DNA from: Candidatus Sigynarchaeum calidifontis
GTDB taxonomy: Archaea; Asgardarchaeota; Lokiarchaeia; Sigyniarchaeales; Sigyniarchaeaceae
DNA length: 20,611 nt
Assembly (NCBI GenBank): GCA_030587475.2
Contig: JAUQYZ020000138.1
Span: 1 to 20,611, forward strand
Direction of reading: 5' to 3'
Part shown: positions 1-8,160 of the stretch, piece after piece
Position numbering within the stretch: position 1 is the first letter of the stretch
Layout: each line of letters starts with the position of its first letter
Program-made: the position numbers and the translations under genes
Notes under the pieces: generated by a model
What the model saw: the letters and a program-made list of their open reading frames with translations, nothing else
Told to the model about the DNA's origin: nothing
The model's database searches: none

Positions 1-2
1 CG

Positions 3-830
3 GAAGAAGCCCGGGCCATCACGCGCCTCATCGTCGAGCACTGCACGCCTGGCAACATCGCCGCGCTCGGCGTGGAATCCGTCGATCCTGTGGTCATCGA
101 AAAAAACAACTTGAAGGCGAGCCGGGAGGAGTCCATGGCCGCCGTGCGCACCATCAACGAAATAGGGGCCAAACGCGGCGAAAATGGCAATCCTTGCTTC
201 TTGCCTGGCGTGAATTTCATCGCCGGTTTGCCAGGGGAAACCGCCCAGACGCTCGAGCTTAACCTCGATTTCTTGAAGGAAATCGTCGATAGCGGGTTGA
301 TGCTCCGGCGGGTCAACATCCGCAAGCTCCTGGTAACCACGGCATCGAAAAAGGGATGTTCGGTTTCAGAAAGCGCCGCTGACCTGGATCGCGATGGGAA
401 ATTTTTTGCATCATGGAAGGACCTCGTCCGGGAAACGGTCGACCGGCCCATGCTCCGCCGCGTGTTCCCGCCGGGGACCGTGCTCACGGGGGCCTACGCT
501 GAACAGCACGAGGGCCATGGAACCTACTGCCGCCAGCCCGGCACGTACCCGATCCTCTGTTACGTCCCGAGGAACCTGGCATTGTATCAAGAATATGCGC
601 TGGTCGTGGTGGATTACGGGTACCGGTCGTTGACTTGCTTGACGAGCCCGGTCGATGTCTCGCGGCTCACATTGAAGGAGCTGGAAGCCATCCCCGGTAT
701 AGGGGAAAAGCGAGCGAGAAAAATATTCGTGACACGACCGAAAACGAAAGCAGCATGGTTGGACATCGTGACCCAGGAAATCTGGGAATTGCTCGTCATG
801 CTGGATCCTTGCCTGGAAAAGGCCAAATAG
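3..830 (+). CDS. Radical SAM superfamily protein with C-terminal helix-hairpin-helix (COG1031-like); 5'-truncated by the window edge
   Basis: Frame is open from base 3 (EEARAITRLIVEHCTPGNIAALGVESVDP). Motifs GVNFIAGLPGET, LRRVNIR, RQPGTYPIL, VVDYGYRSLT and HhH LEAIPGIGEKRA. The CxxxCxxC motif would lie upstream of the window. Confidence 0.85.
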   Translation, partial: EEARAITRLIVEHCTPGNIAALGVESVDPVVIEKNNLKASREESMAAVRTINEIGAKRGENGNPCFLPGVNFIAGLPGETAQTLELNLDFLKEIVDSGLMLRRVNIRKLLVTTASKKGCSVSESAADLDRDGKFFASWKDLVRETVDRPMLRRVFPPGTVLTGAYAEQHEGHGTYCRQPGTYPILCYVPRNLALYQEYALVVVDYGYRSLTCLTSPVDVSRLTLKELEAIPGIGEKRARKIFVTRPKTKAAWLDIVTQEIWELLVMLDPCLEKAK

Positions 831-889
831 TAAAGTCACATTCATGGCACGTCGTTGATCTGAGTGGAAATTTCAATTTCTTGAATGTT

Positions 890-1885
890 CTAAAAAATAG
901 ATTGTAGAACGAGCCCGATAACGACCAGGATGACCGCAATGGATGCATTCTTGCGTATCCTGTCTAATTGGTTGATGGTCAATCCCTTTCCATTCAACCG
1001 GTGCGATACAACATAGAGAACGAGGCACGCCGGCACGATGAGGTAGGAATAGAACGCGTAATTCCAGACCCCCATGAAAACAGGAACCACGAAGCAGCCG
1101 ATCGCGATTAAAAAGGCATACCTGCTCAACAGCAATGATTTCGAGACACCCAAGATGCTTGCAAGTGATGAACTCGTTGCCGGCGATTGAGATCCGGGCC
1201 ATGGTTGTGAAGCATTCGAGGATCGGGGCCTCGATAGAGAAGATCCCTTGTCCCTCCGAAACGATCGAGCCGGGAGGATGATGTCTCCATCCCTTGTCCT
1301 TTGTTGGATGCATTCTTTCACCAGTGCACGACCGAAAATGAGAAAGAAGAGTCCCCCGATAACGAAGCAAGAATAGAGTGGTATCTCGTACGCGTTCATG
1401 AGCATGCCATATAGGAGCCCGCCGGAATAGGTTGAAGTAGTCATTGTCACGCGTATCCACGCGTCACGAGTAATCTTGTTCAATGTAACCGGGATAATCA
1501 CCCACGCGCTGCAGAGCACCGCAGTCAACGTGATGACTGGCATTTCTTGCTCGATGGTAATGCCATACCATATCGACAACCCGATACTTCCTCCGATAGC
1601 AAACATGCATGCGATCCGGGCGATCTTTGTCAGGTTGCGATCCGAATCTGCTTGGTTGTGCACCACGTGCATAGACAGCATCCCGGCGATCGCAACACAC
1701 GCATAGATGAATGGGACAAACACGAGGTTCTGCTGGAACCTACCGATGCCAACGAGCATCTGGGTATTCAACAATCCAAGGACCGCTAAAAGCCCTCCCT
1801 TGATGCAATGCCCAAAGCTCACGTCGCGCAAAACGCGCTTGATGGGTGTTAACATTCCTCTTTCATGATTCACGGTCCCCATCAT
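890..1885 (-). CDS. Multi-pass membrane protein, degenerate UbiA/DGGGP-synthase-like prenyltransferase paralogue
   Basis: About 8-9 hydrophobic segments. GRALVKECIQ..DGD...SLASILG aligns by eye to the UbiA REIVKDIED..GD...TLP...G region. SD-like GAGGA lies upstream of the ATG at 1885. The Asp-rich motifs are eroded. Confidence 0.6.
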   Translation of the reverse strand: MMGTVNHERGMLTPIKRVLRDVSFGHCIKGGLLAVLGLLNTQMLVGIGRFQQNLVFVPFIYACVAIAGMLSMHVVHNQADSDRNLTKIARIACMFAIGGSIGLSIWYGITIEQEMPVITLTAVLCSAWVIIPVTLNKITRDAWIRVTMTTSTYSGGLLYGMLMNAYEIPLYSCFVIGGLFFLIFGRALVKECIQQRTRDGDIILPARSFRRDKGSSLSRPRSSNASQPWPGSQSPATSSSLASILGVSKSLLLSRYAFLIAIGCFVVPVFMGVWNYAFYSYLIVPACLVLYVVSHRLNGKGLTINQLDRIRKNASIAVILVVIGLVLQSIF

Positions 1886-1901
1886 GATGCTTTCCTCTTC
1901 T

Positions 1902-4169
1902 TCACACGGTTGCGTTGAATGTGCGCTCTAGCGTGTCAAAATCAAGCACGAGGGACTGGTTCCCGCACGTGATAATGGTACGCCGCGTGCCGAAGGGCTG
2001 GTGGCAATACTGGTTGTCGAACCGGTCGTATGGCCCCAAATTTACTATCATGCCGTTTACCACCATCGGAGCATCCCAATCCACGGTGACAAGACCGCGG
2101 GACGGTGAAACATATTTGACATCGTAGCCCATCGGGGTTGACCGGACATCGACTTTGGCCCTGGAGATTTGTTCCTTGAACTTCGCAAACGTGCCCGATT
2201 CGTCGGCATCACCAAGCTCGACGATATAGGCGTTCTTTCTTGCTGCCTTCACGGCGAACTCTATGTCCGATTTCCATTCCGATGATTCCTTGGAATACAA
2301 GGCGATGTACGCATCGCCCTTGCGGCCAAAGAGCCACGTGCCGGGATTGCCGGCGACGGCATCCATGCCCGTGCCAGCATTCGCACCCGCGGCGACGATA
2401 GCATCCACCTCGTCAAACGCCCACCGTGGGAAGTACGCGTGGATTGGAGGATATAAGGAACCGCTATCGTTCTCCACGTGCGTGAAATAATCATATGTGA
2501 GCAAGAAGAGCTCCAGTTCTAGCGGTAACGTGGCCCGGTCATATTGGATCACCCCTATGTTCCTATAAACCGTGACGCGTGGTTTCCATCCCCCGATAAA
2601 TTTTCCCCCCTTGAAACTAAGGAATCCGTCCCAATTGGTCCAGACATTAGCGAATCCACCCAGGGATGCTTGCCACACGTGTTCTTGCATGCAGTTGGTG
2701 CCTTTCTGGGAATCTTGCATCGCCGCCAGCTGGTAGTGGGGGGTTCGATAGACGTATCGGTTTTGGGCTTCCAGCGCAACGCCGCGCGTCAGTTGGTAGA
2801 TCTTCGACGCGTAGGTACCGACAGGCACTCCGTGCAAGCCGGCGTTGAACTTGATGAAGTCGATGAGTAATTGTGGCCCGAGGATGTTTTCGGGGTTGAG
2901 GTGGTATTTTTCAATGACTTTGAAGCTTGTTTCAATGACGGGGCCGGAGACCGGTGCGGACATGTGCCACCAGAACATGAGATCGTCCTCCCCGTGTCCG
3001 ATGCCGAACTTGTTCGCCTCCTCTATGTAGATGCCATTCCGATCCCGGTGCTCGTGGGATAGCCTCGTGGCGTTGGCGACCATCTCGATCACCGGAGGCG
3101 TGACGTACGCGTTGCTCGTTGCCAGGGACAAGCAATCACCGTTCGTCTTGGAAGAAGTGGCATGATATCCTAATCCTGTCATGATCCACGTGGCCTCGGC
3201 AATATCGTCGCGATCTGGCGTGTCGGATGGTGTTCCAACCCGGTCTCTATTATAGAGCCGGCCGTTTGCCGTTGCATAGCTCCCGTTGAAAAAATGGTTG
3301 GCCAGGTCGAATGCGATAAGATCGAGCACCATTGCAGAGCGTTTTGAAATGATCGAGTCTTCGGAGAAGTCGACAAGGTTGACCAGCGCGGGAATATCGA
3401 TGGTGAAGTAGGTCAGAGACGTCTCGGTAAAGCCAATGTTGGCCTTCCAATCGAGCCAGTCATAGATCATGCTTCGTGCGTGCGTTATATGCTGTGTACC
3501 TGTCATGCCCGAGTTGGCGAACGTCTCGTTGGGGTATAACTGTCCCGCGAGGAGCTCGCACGCGTGCATCTGTATCATGTGGTTCTCGGTGTACATGATC
3601 TGGTCTTTGGTTGGCAACAGCTGGGGCTCGGTGAACCAGTAATTGAAATTCAATAATCCTTGCTTGATCGTGGCAAGCGTGGCGGGGCTGAGCAACGAAA
3701 CACCCTTGTTGAGATAGACCATGCGCAGCAAGAGGGTGAGGTCGAACTCGCTAGTGTAGGTCCGGTCTTCATATCTTTTGGCGACGTTCACGATGCTAGG
3801 CTCATAGGGTGCGATGCCACGGAAGAGCCTGGCGATTTGCGCCGCAAACGAGGTGCTCGTGATAGAGCCGTTGAGATATGCTTCTTTCCTTTCCGACGCG
3901 GGCATCGGATTCCAGATGTCACTGGGGGACATATCGGTCCCTGGGTCGAAGAAATAGGCCTTCTCGTCGTAGAAGGACGACCGTCTGGTTGTGATGGTGA
4001 ACTCGACGGTCACGAGGAAAAGCATGGAGGCCGCGATCGTGATCACGCCCCATGCACGCCGATTGCGAGCTCGAACGTGATGATCCTTGATTCGCAGCTG
4101 CCCCGGGAAGAGGGCGACAATGACTCGCCAGATCGTTTCCAGCAAGGGATTCGGGGGATCGTGGTGCAT
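1902..4169 (-). CDS. Large membrane-anchored hypothetical protein, probable alpha/alpha-toroid plus beta-sandwich (heparinase II/III- or lyase-like) glycan-active protein
   Basis: Long ORF. Start taken at ATG 4169 (MHHDPP); the ORF extends to 4208. N-terminal hydrophobic segment WGVITIAASMLFLVTV; helical half with YTENH and ETSLTYFTID; beta-rich C-terminal half (QEHVWQASL, WLFGRKGDAYIAL). The CDS is well supported; the function is inferred. Confidence 0.6.
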   Translation of the reverse strand: MHHDPPNPLLETIWRVIVALFPGQLRIKDHHVRARNRRAWGVITIAASMLFLVTVEFTITTRRSSFYDEKAYFFDPGTDMSPSDIWNPMPASERKEAYLNGSITSTSFAAQIARLFRGIAPYEPSIVNVAKRYEDRTYTSEFDLTLLLRMVYLNKGVSLLSPATLATIKQGLLNFNYWFTEPQLLPTKDQIMYTENHMIQMHACELLAGQLYPNETFANSGMTGTQHITHARSMIYDWLDWKANIGFTETSLTYFTIDIPALVNLVDFSEDSIISKRSAMVLDLIAFDLANHFFNGSYATANGRLYNRDRVGTPSDTPDRDDIAEATWIMTGLGYHATSSKTNGDCLSLATSNAYVTPPVIEMVANATRLSHEHRDRNGIYIEEANKFGIGHGEDDLMFWWHMSAPVSGPVIETSFKVIEKYHLNPENILGPQLLIDFIKFNAGLHGVPVGTYASKIYQLTRGVALEAQNRYVYRTPHYQLAAMQDSQKGTNCMQEHVWQASLGGFANVWTNWDGFLSFKGGKFIGGWKPRVTVYRNIGVIQYDRATLPLELELFLLTYDYFTHVENDSGSLYPPIHAYFPRWAFDEVDAIVAAGANAGTGMDAVAGNPGTWLFGRKGDAYIALYSKESSEWKSDIEFAVKAARKNAYIVELGDADESGTFAKFKEQISRAKVDVRSTPMGYDVKYVSPSRGLVTVDWDAPMVVNGMIVNLGPYDRFDNQYCHQPFGTRRTIITCGNQSLVLDFDTLERTFNATV

Positions 4170-4191
4170 GGGAGACCAGCGCTCGTAATTT

Positions 4192-6030
4192 CTAAAATAG
4201 GAGATCATTGATCTCCTTCAAGCGACGTAAATCGCCTTTTGGCCGCCGATCGAACGTAAGTATACCGTTGAGTTCCTGGTACTGGTCGCAGAACTCGGTG
4301 TACACGTGGCCGCAGATCCACGACTTGCGCGCGACGAATGCCTTGATCGTCCGTTCGTAGAGGTTGAGGATCTCGTCCCATGACTTGTACAAGATGCCTT
4401 GATATCCCCAGCCCGTGTAAGGGTCTGGTTTAGCGTTCGGGTTATCGAGATTCATGCCCCATCCGCCCCATTCGCTGATGATGACCGGTTCGCCGCGATA
4501 TTTCCCACCCTTCATATACCATTTTGTGGCCCACGCGAAATCGCCTGGATCCTTCACCTTAGGGAATTTTTCGGGAATATTGTTCACGATTTCCCCGGGC
4601 TGCTGGTAGATGTGCACGGAAAAGAGATCGGTGGCACCATCTATCAGCGAGTACCCGTCGTTCGCGTTCACGGGCCGGGTCGGGTCCTCGCTTTTCGTGA
4701 GATGATAAAGCGCCTTCGCGAATGCTTGCTCGTCCGGCAGGCTCTTGTTAGCCAAGCCCCATGTCTCGTTGATGGGGATCCAAGCTATGATGGACGGGTG
4801 GTTCCGGTCGCGCCGTACAACCGCCGGCCACTCGTGGAGGAGCAATTCCCGCGATCGACCCGTGAACCGCCGCGAGTTGGCCATCTCGCCCCACAAGAGC
4901 ACGCCCAGCTTGTCGGCCCAGTGCAAGAATCGAGGATCCTCGACGATCTGGTGGATCCGGGCACCGTTGAACCCCATCTCGAGCAAGAGTTCCAGGTCTT
5001 TCTTCATGGCCTCGTCGGAAGGTGGCGTCCACAAGCTATCCGGGAAATATCCCTGGTACAGTGCGAATTTCAAGTAGATCGGCTCCTTGTTCAGCAAGAT
5101 CTTGTTCCCCTCGATCGAGATCTCGCGGAACGCGAACGTGCAACGAAGCTCGTCGAGCGTCGCCTCGTCGTCGGAATTGGCGTCGACAAGCCGGAACCGT
5201 GCCTCGTACAGCTTCGGGGTCTTGGGTGTCCATTTCTGGATGTCTTTCGGGTCGACATCGAGCTCGATCCGCTGCTCGTCATACTTGGGAAAGGTGATCA
5301 AGTAATAACCGGTCTTGGATACCTGCTTGTCGCCGTCGAAAATCGTGCACTCGACCACGAAACTTTTTTTGTTGGGTGCCGTACCCGCGATATTCACGAA
5401 CGCGGCTACGTGGCCTGTCCAGGGGTCTGCACGGATGTAAAAATCCGACCGGTCGAGGTAGTACGGCTGCCCAACGTACTCGAGCCAGACGGTTTGCCAT
5501 ATCCCGGTCACCTTCTCGTAATCGCAGCCCGAGAAACGCTCGACCATGCTTTGCTTCCCGCGCGGGAGCTGCTCGTCGAACTGCAAATCGTGGACGTGCA
5601 CGACTAGCAACTGCGTGGCAGTCTTGTCTTTGGTCAAAAATGACGTGATGTCAAAGGTGAATGGCGTAGAACCGCCGTAATGGCTACCCACGAGCGAACC
5701 ATTGACGAACACGTCACACTCGTAGTCCACGGCGCCGAAGTTCAGCAAAATCGTGCTTTTTACCTTCTCTTTCGGGATGGAGAACGTCCGGGCGTACCAC
5801 ACGTGGTCGATGAAGTGCTGGTCGTCGATGCCGGACATCTTGCTCTGGTAAACGAAAGGTACGTTGATTTTACGTGAAAAGTTCGGTTTCTCGTACCAGC
5901 GCTCTCCCATGCCTTTATTTTCAGGATCCAACTCGAAGTCCCACTCGCCGTTCAGGTTGGTCCAAGAAGCCGTCTCCGAACGCGCAGCGTCGGGTCTCGG
6001 ATACTCGGGCCGGGGTATTTTCGATGCCAT
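4192..6030 (-). CDS. Glycoside hydrolase family 2 (beta-galactosidase/glucuronidase/galactofuranosidase-like)
   Basis: PRPEYPRP, NLNGEWDF, LNFGAVDY, GIWQTVWLE, GFNGARIH, ADKLGVLLW, RDRNHPSIIAW..INETWG (acid/base Glu), ISEWGG (nucleophile Glu). No signal peptide. Confidence 0.93.
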   Translation of the reverse strand: MASKIPRPEYPRPDAARSETASWTNLNGEWDFELDPENKGMGERWYEKPNFSRKINVPFVYQSKMSGIDDQHFIDHVWYARTFSIPKEKVKSTILLNFGAVDYECDVFVNGSLVGSHYGGSTPFTFDITSFLTKDKTATQLLVVHVHDLQFDEQLPRGKQSMVERFSGCDYEKVTGIWQTVWLEYVGQPYYLDRSDFYIRADPWTGHVAAFVNIAGTAPNKKSFVVECTIFDGDKQVSKTGYYLITFPKYDEQRIELDVDPKDIQKWTPKTPKLYEARFRLVDANSDDEATLDELRCTFAFREISIEGNKILLNKEPIYLKFALYQGYFPDSLWTPPSDEAMKKDLELLLEMGFNGARIHQIVEDPRFLHWADKLGVLLWGEMANSRRFTGRSRELLLHEWPAVVRRDRNHPSIIAWIPINETWGLANKSLPDEQAFAKALYHLTKSEDPTRPVNANDGYSLIDGATDLFSVHIYQQPGEIVNNIPEKFPKVKDPGDFAWATKWYMKGGKYRGEPVIISEWGGWGMNLDNPNAKPDPYTGWGYQGILYKSWDEILNLYERTIKAFVARKSWICGHVYTEFCDQYQELNGILTFDRRPKGDLRRLKEINDLLF

Positions 6031-6305
6031 AGTGTGTATATCCGGCCGGCGCTATTTCAAGCCGGCCACGTGATTCGGAATAAACAATCCCGCCACGACT
6101 TAATGCCCTTCTCAATGGTTGGTCAATTTTCCTCGAATAACACGGCGCCGGCATCGATGGGGGGATCATAGCCTTCTTGCACGCATTAAAGCATGACCCG
6201 GGCTGTTGGTAGATTGTCGCGATTGTAAACACGATGTCGCGTTATATTCGTCTCGACAAAGCGAAGTTTTCAATATCACTACCATCAACATTGGGATTGT
6301 AGAAA

Positions 6306-7349
6306 ATGGCAATGCGATCGAAGCAGAAAATAGTCTGGATCGGACGGTTTCGAGGTCATGGCGGGTTCGCAACAGCAACCCGGGAATACGTGAATGCTTT
6401 GCTCCCAAAGATGAAGGGCTTGAGCATTGCGCCGCTGGAAGTCCTCGATCCTGCCGATCCATTAAGAGCTCATCTAGCGAGGCTTCCTCTTGAAGATGAC
6501 GTGTTCAAGGTGGTCAACCACCAACCGACGATTGATCCTGAAGCAGAATGCTATTTTTCTGTTTGGGAGTTCGATCATATCCCTTCGGATTGGGCGGATA
6601 TTCTCCAGAAAGCACGCCTAGTTCTCACGCAATCGACATTTTGCAAAGACTTGTTCGCGAGGGCGATAGGGAGCAAAGAACACGTTCACGTCGTGCCATA
6701 CATCATCCCCGCCCAATATTTGCCAGTTGGTCCAGCGAACCGGTTCTTCCCACCCGATATATTCGTATTCGGCAGCGTTTTCGAGTGGGTGCCTCGCAAG
6801 GTACCCGAGCTTACGATAAGATCTTTCGAGGAGGAGTTCGAACGCGGGGAGCCAGTGCGATTGGTATTGCGTACAGATCATCCCGAGGGCATCAATACGG
6901 AAACGCTCGTGCGTGGTTGCACCAGCGATGACCGAATCGTTCTAATCCCCGCCAATATTCCCGATCTGGCGCCATTCTATCGCGGTCTCGACGCGTACGT
7001 GTCTTGCACAGCGGGGGAGGGTTACGGCCAGACACTCGCCGAAGCGATGGCTTGTGGCATCCCCACCATTGCATGCAAAAACGGCGGGAATCTGGACTTC
7101 ATGAATGATGACAACTCGTATCTAGTGGATGTACACGATTGGAGCCCTGGATTGACGATTGGTAACGAGTTATTTTTATGGCGACTTCCGAAGGTGGATT
7201 CGATCCGGGCACGCCTGCGTGAGGCATACAACAACTGGGTTCGTGGCAAGGAAAAGCACAAGCGCTTCGACACGTCGGATTTTAGGGCACGATTCTCGCC
7301 AAGTCGTATAGGAGCGCTGCTGCAAGATTTGCTCCAGTCGGTCATGTGA
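6306..7349 (+). CDS. Glycosyltransferase, GT-B fold, family 4
   Basis: GGFATATREY N-terminal motif, FEWVPRK, DAYVSCTAGEGYGQTLAEAMACGIPTIA (E-x7-E motif), GGNLDFM. Confidence 0.92.
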   Translation: MAMRSKQKIVWIGRFRGHGGFATATREYVNALLPKMKGLSIAPLEVLDPADPLRAHLARLPLEDDVFKVVNHQPTIDPEAECYFSVWEFDHIPSDWADILQKARLVLTQSTFCKDLFARAIGSKEHVHVVPYIIPAQYLPVGPANRFFPPDIFVFGSVFEWVPRKVPELTIRSFEEEFERGEPVRLVLRTDHPEGINTETLVRGCTSDDRIVLIPANIPDLAPFYRGLDAYVSCTAGEGYGQTLAEAMACGIPTIACKNGGNLDFMNDDNSYLVDVHDWSPGLTIGNELFLWRLPKVDSIRARLREAYNNWVRGKEKHKRFDTSDFRARFSPSRIGALLQDLLQSVM

Positions 7350-8109
7350 AGTTTAACTCCCGCCCGAACACGTACCGCGACCAGGCATTCCGCGTGTCTT
7401 GCGCCAAGTTTGATTGCTTGTTGATTGACTGGGCAATATACACTGCATCCGCGGTGACGAAGATCAAATAAACGTGGAAAATCCCGAAATTCTTATCGAT
7501 GTACTCAAATTGAAGAGGGGTAAGCTTGAATACCGGTTTCCCTTTTCCCGCAGGGGGTATCTTATCCTCGATTATGGAGCCGGTACCATAGTTAACATCA
7601 ATGATATCAGAGTATGGAAATACTCTTGAACCGATCTTCAAGCCATCCGTGAATAACCCGATCTTGCCATATCGCTTGTAATGCATTGCAAGGAGGATCC
7701 ACGCAGCGATGACGATTCCCATCCCCAACCATTGCTCCCCGGAATTCTCGGACTTGATCCATTTGAGCAAGAATGTAATGCCAAGGGAATGCACACCGGA
7801 GACGAACATGCAATAAAGAGCGCCCTTGAGGGCTGTATCACCATGAACATAGAATAGCATTTTCGTCAACAAGTAACCAAGAACGAACGCGATCGCAAGT
7901 TGAATCGTTATAACGACCGCGACAGCGTCTTGAGGTGCCGGTGATAATATCATCGGAACGCCGAAGGCTGCAATACTCGTGATGATGCCACCAAGGCATT
8001 GGATAAACAAGATGAAATCGTTCCCGAACTCGAACTTGTAGAATGGCCGGTCGTGCGTGTTGACGTGGCAAATCCGGTCAGATTTCGCTGGCTTCTTGTT
8101 CGTGCTCAT
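7342..8109 (-). CDS. Hypothetical membrane protein (4 TM) with a soluble C-terminal, possibly PH-like, domain
   Basis: Four hydrophobic segments, then KIGLFTDGLKIGSRVFPYSDIIDV. Start taken at ATG 8109 (MSTNKK). The 3' end overlaps the convergent GT4 gene by 8 bp. Confidence 0.7.
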   Translation of the reverse strand: MSTNKKPAKSDRICHVNTHDRPFYKFEFGNDFILFIQCLGGIITSIAAFGVPMILSPAPQDAVAVVITIQLAIAFVLGYLLTKMLFYVHGDTALKGALYCMFVSGVHSLGITFLLKWIKSENSGEQWLGMGIVIAAWILLAMHYKRYGKIGLFTDGLKIGSRVFPYSDIIDVNYGTGSIIEDKIPPAGKGKPVFKLTPLQFEYIDKNFGIFHVYLIFVTADAVYIAQSINKQSNLAQDTRNAWSRYVFGRELNFT

Positions 8110-8132
8110 GCTGCTAAAATAAAGGCTGGGCA

Positions 8133-8142
8133 TTTTTTAAAA
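8133..8142. promoter_or_regulatory. Candidate bidirectional archaeal TATA element (TTTTTTAAAA)
   Basis: The longest AT-only run in the 51-bp divergent gap, about 24-33 bp from ATG 8109 (-) and about 19-37 bp from ATG 8161/8170 (+). Confidence 0.55.
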
Positions 8143-8160
8143 GGATTGGAGCGCTTGGTT

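Noticed and set aside
4399-5607. 402-aa ORF antisense to GH2
   Set aside because: Shadow ORF expected from G/C-rich third codon positions. It has no recognisable motifs, while the opposite strand is a clear GH2.
7999-8160. N-terminal extension of the GH32 ORF
   Set aside because: It overlaps the divergent membrane-protein gene and the TATA-like element. ATGs at 8161-8185 fit the family length better.
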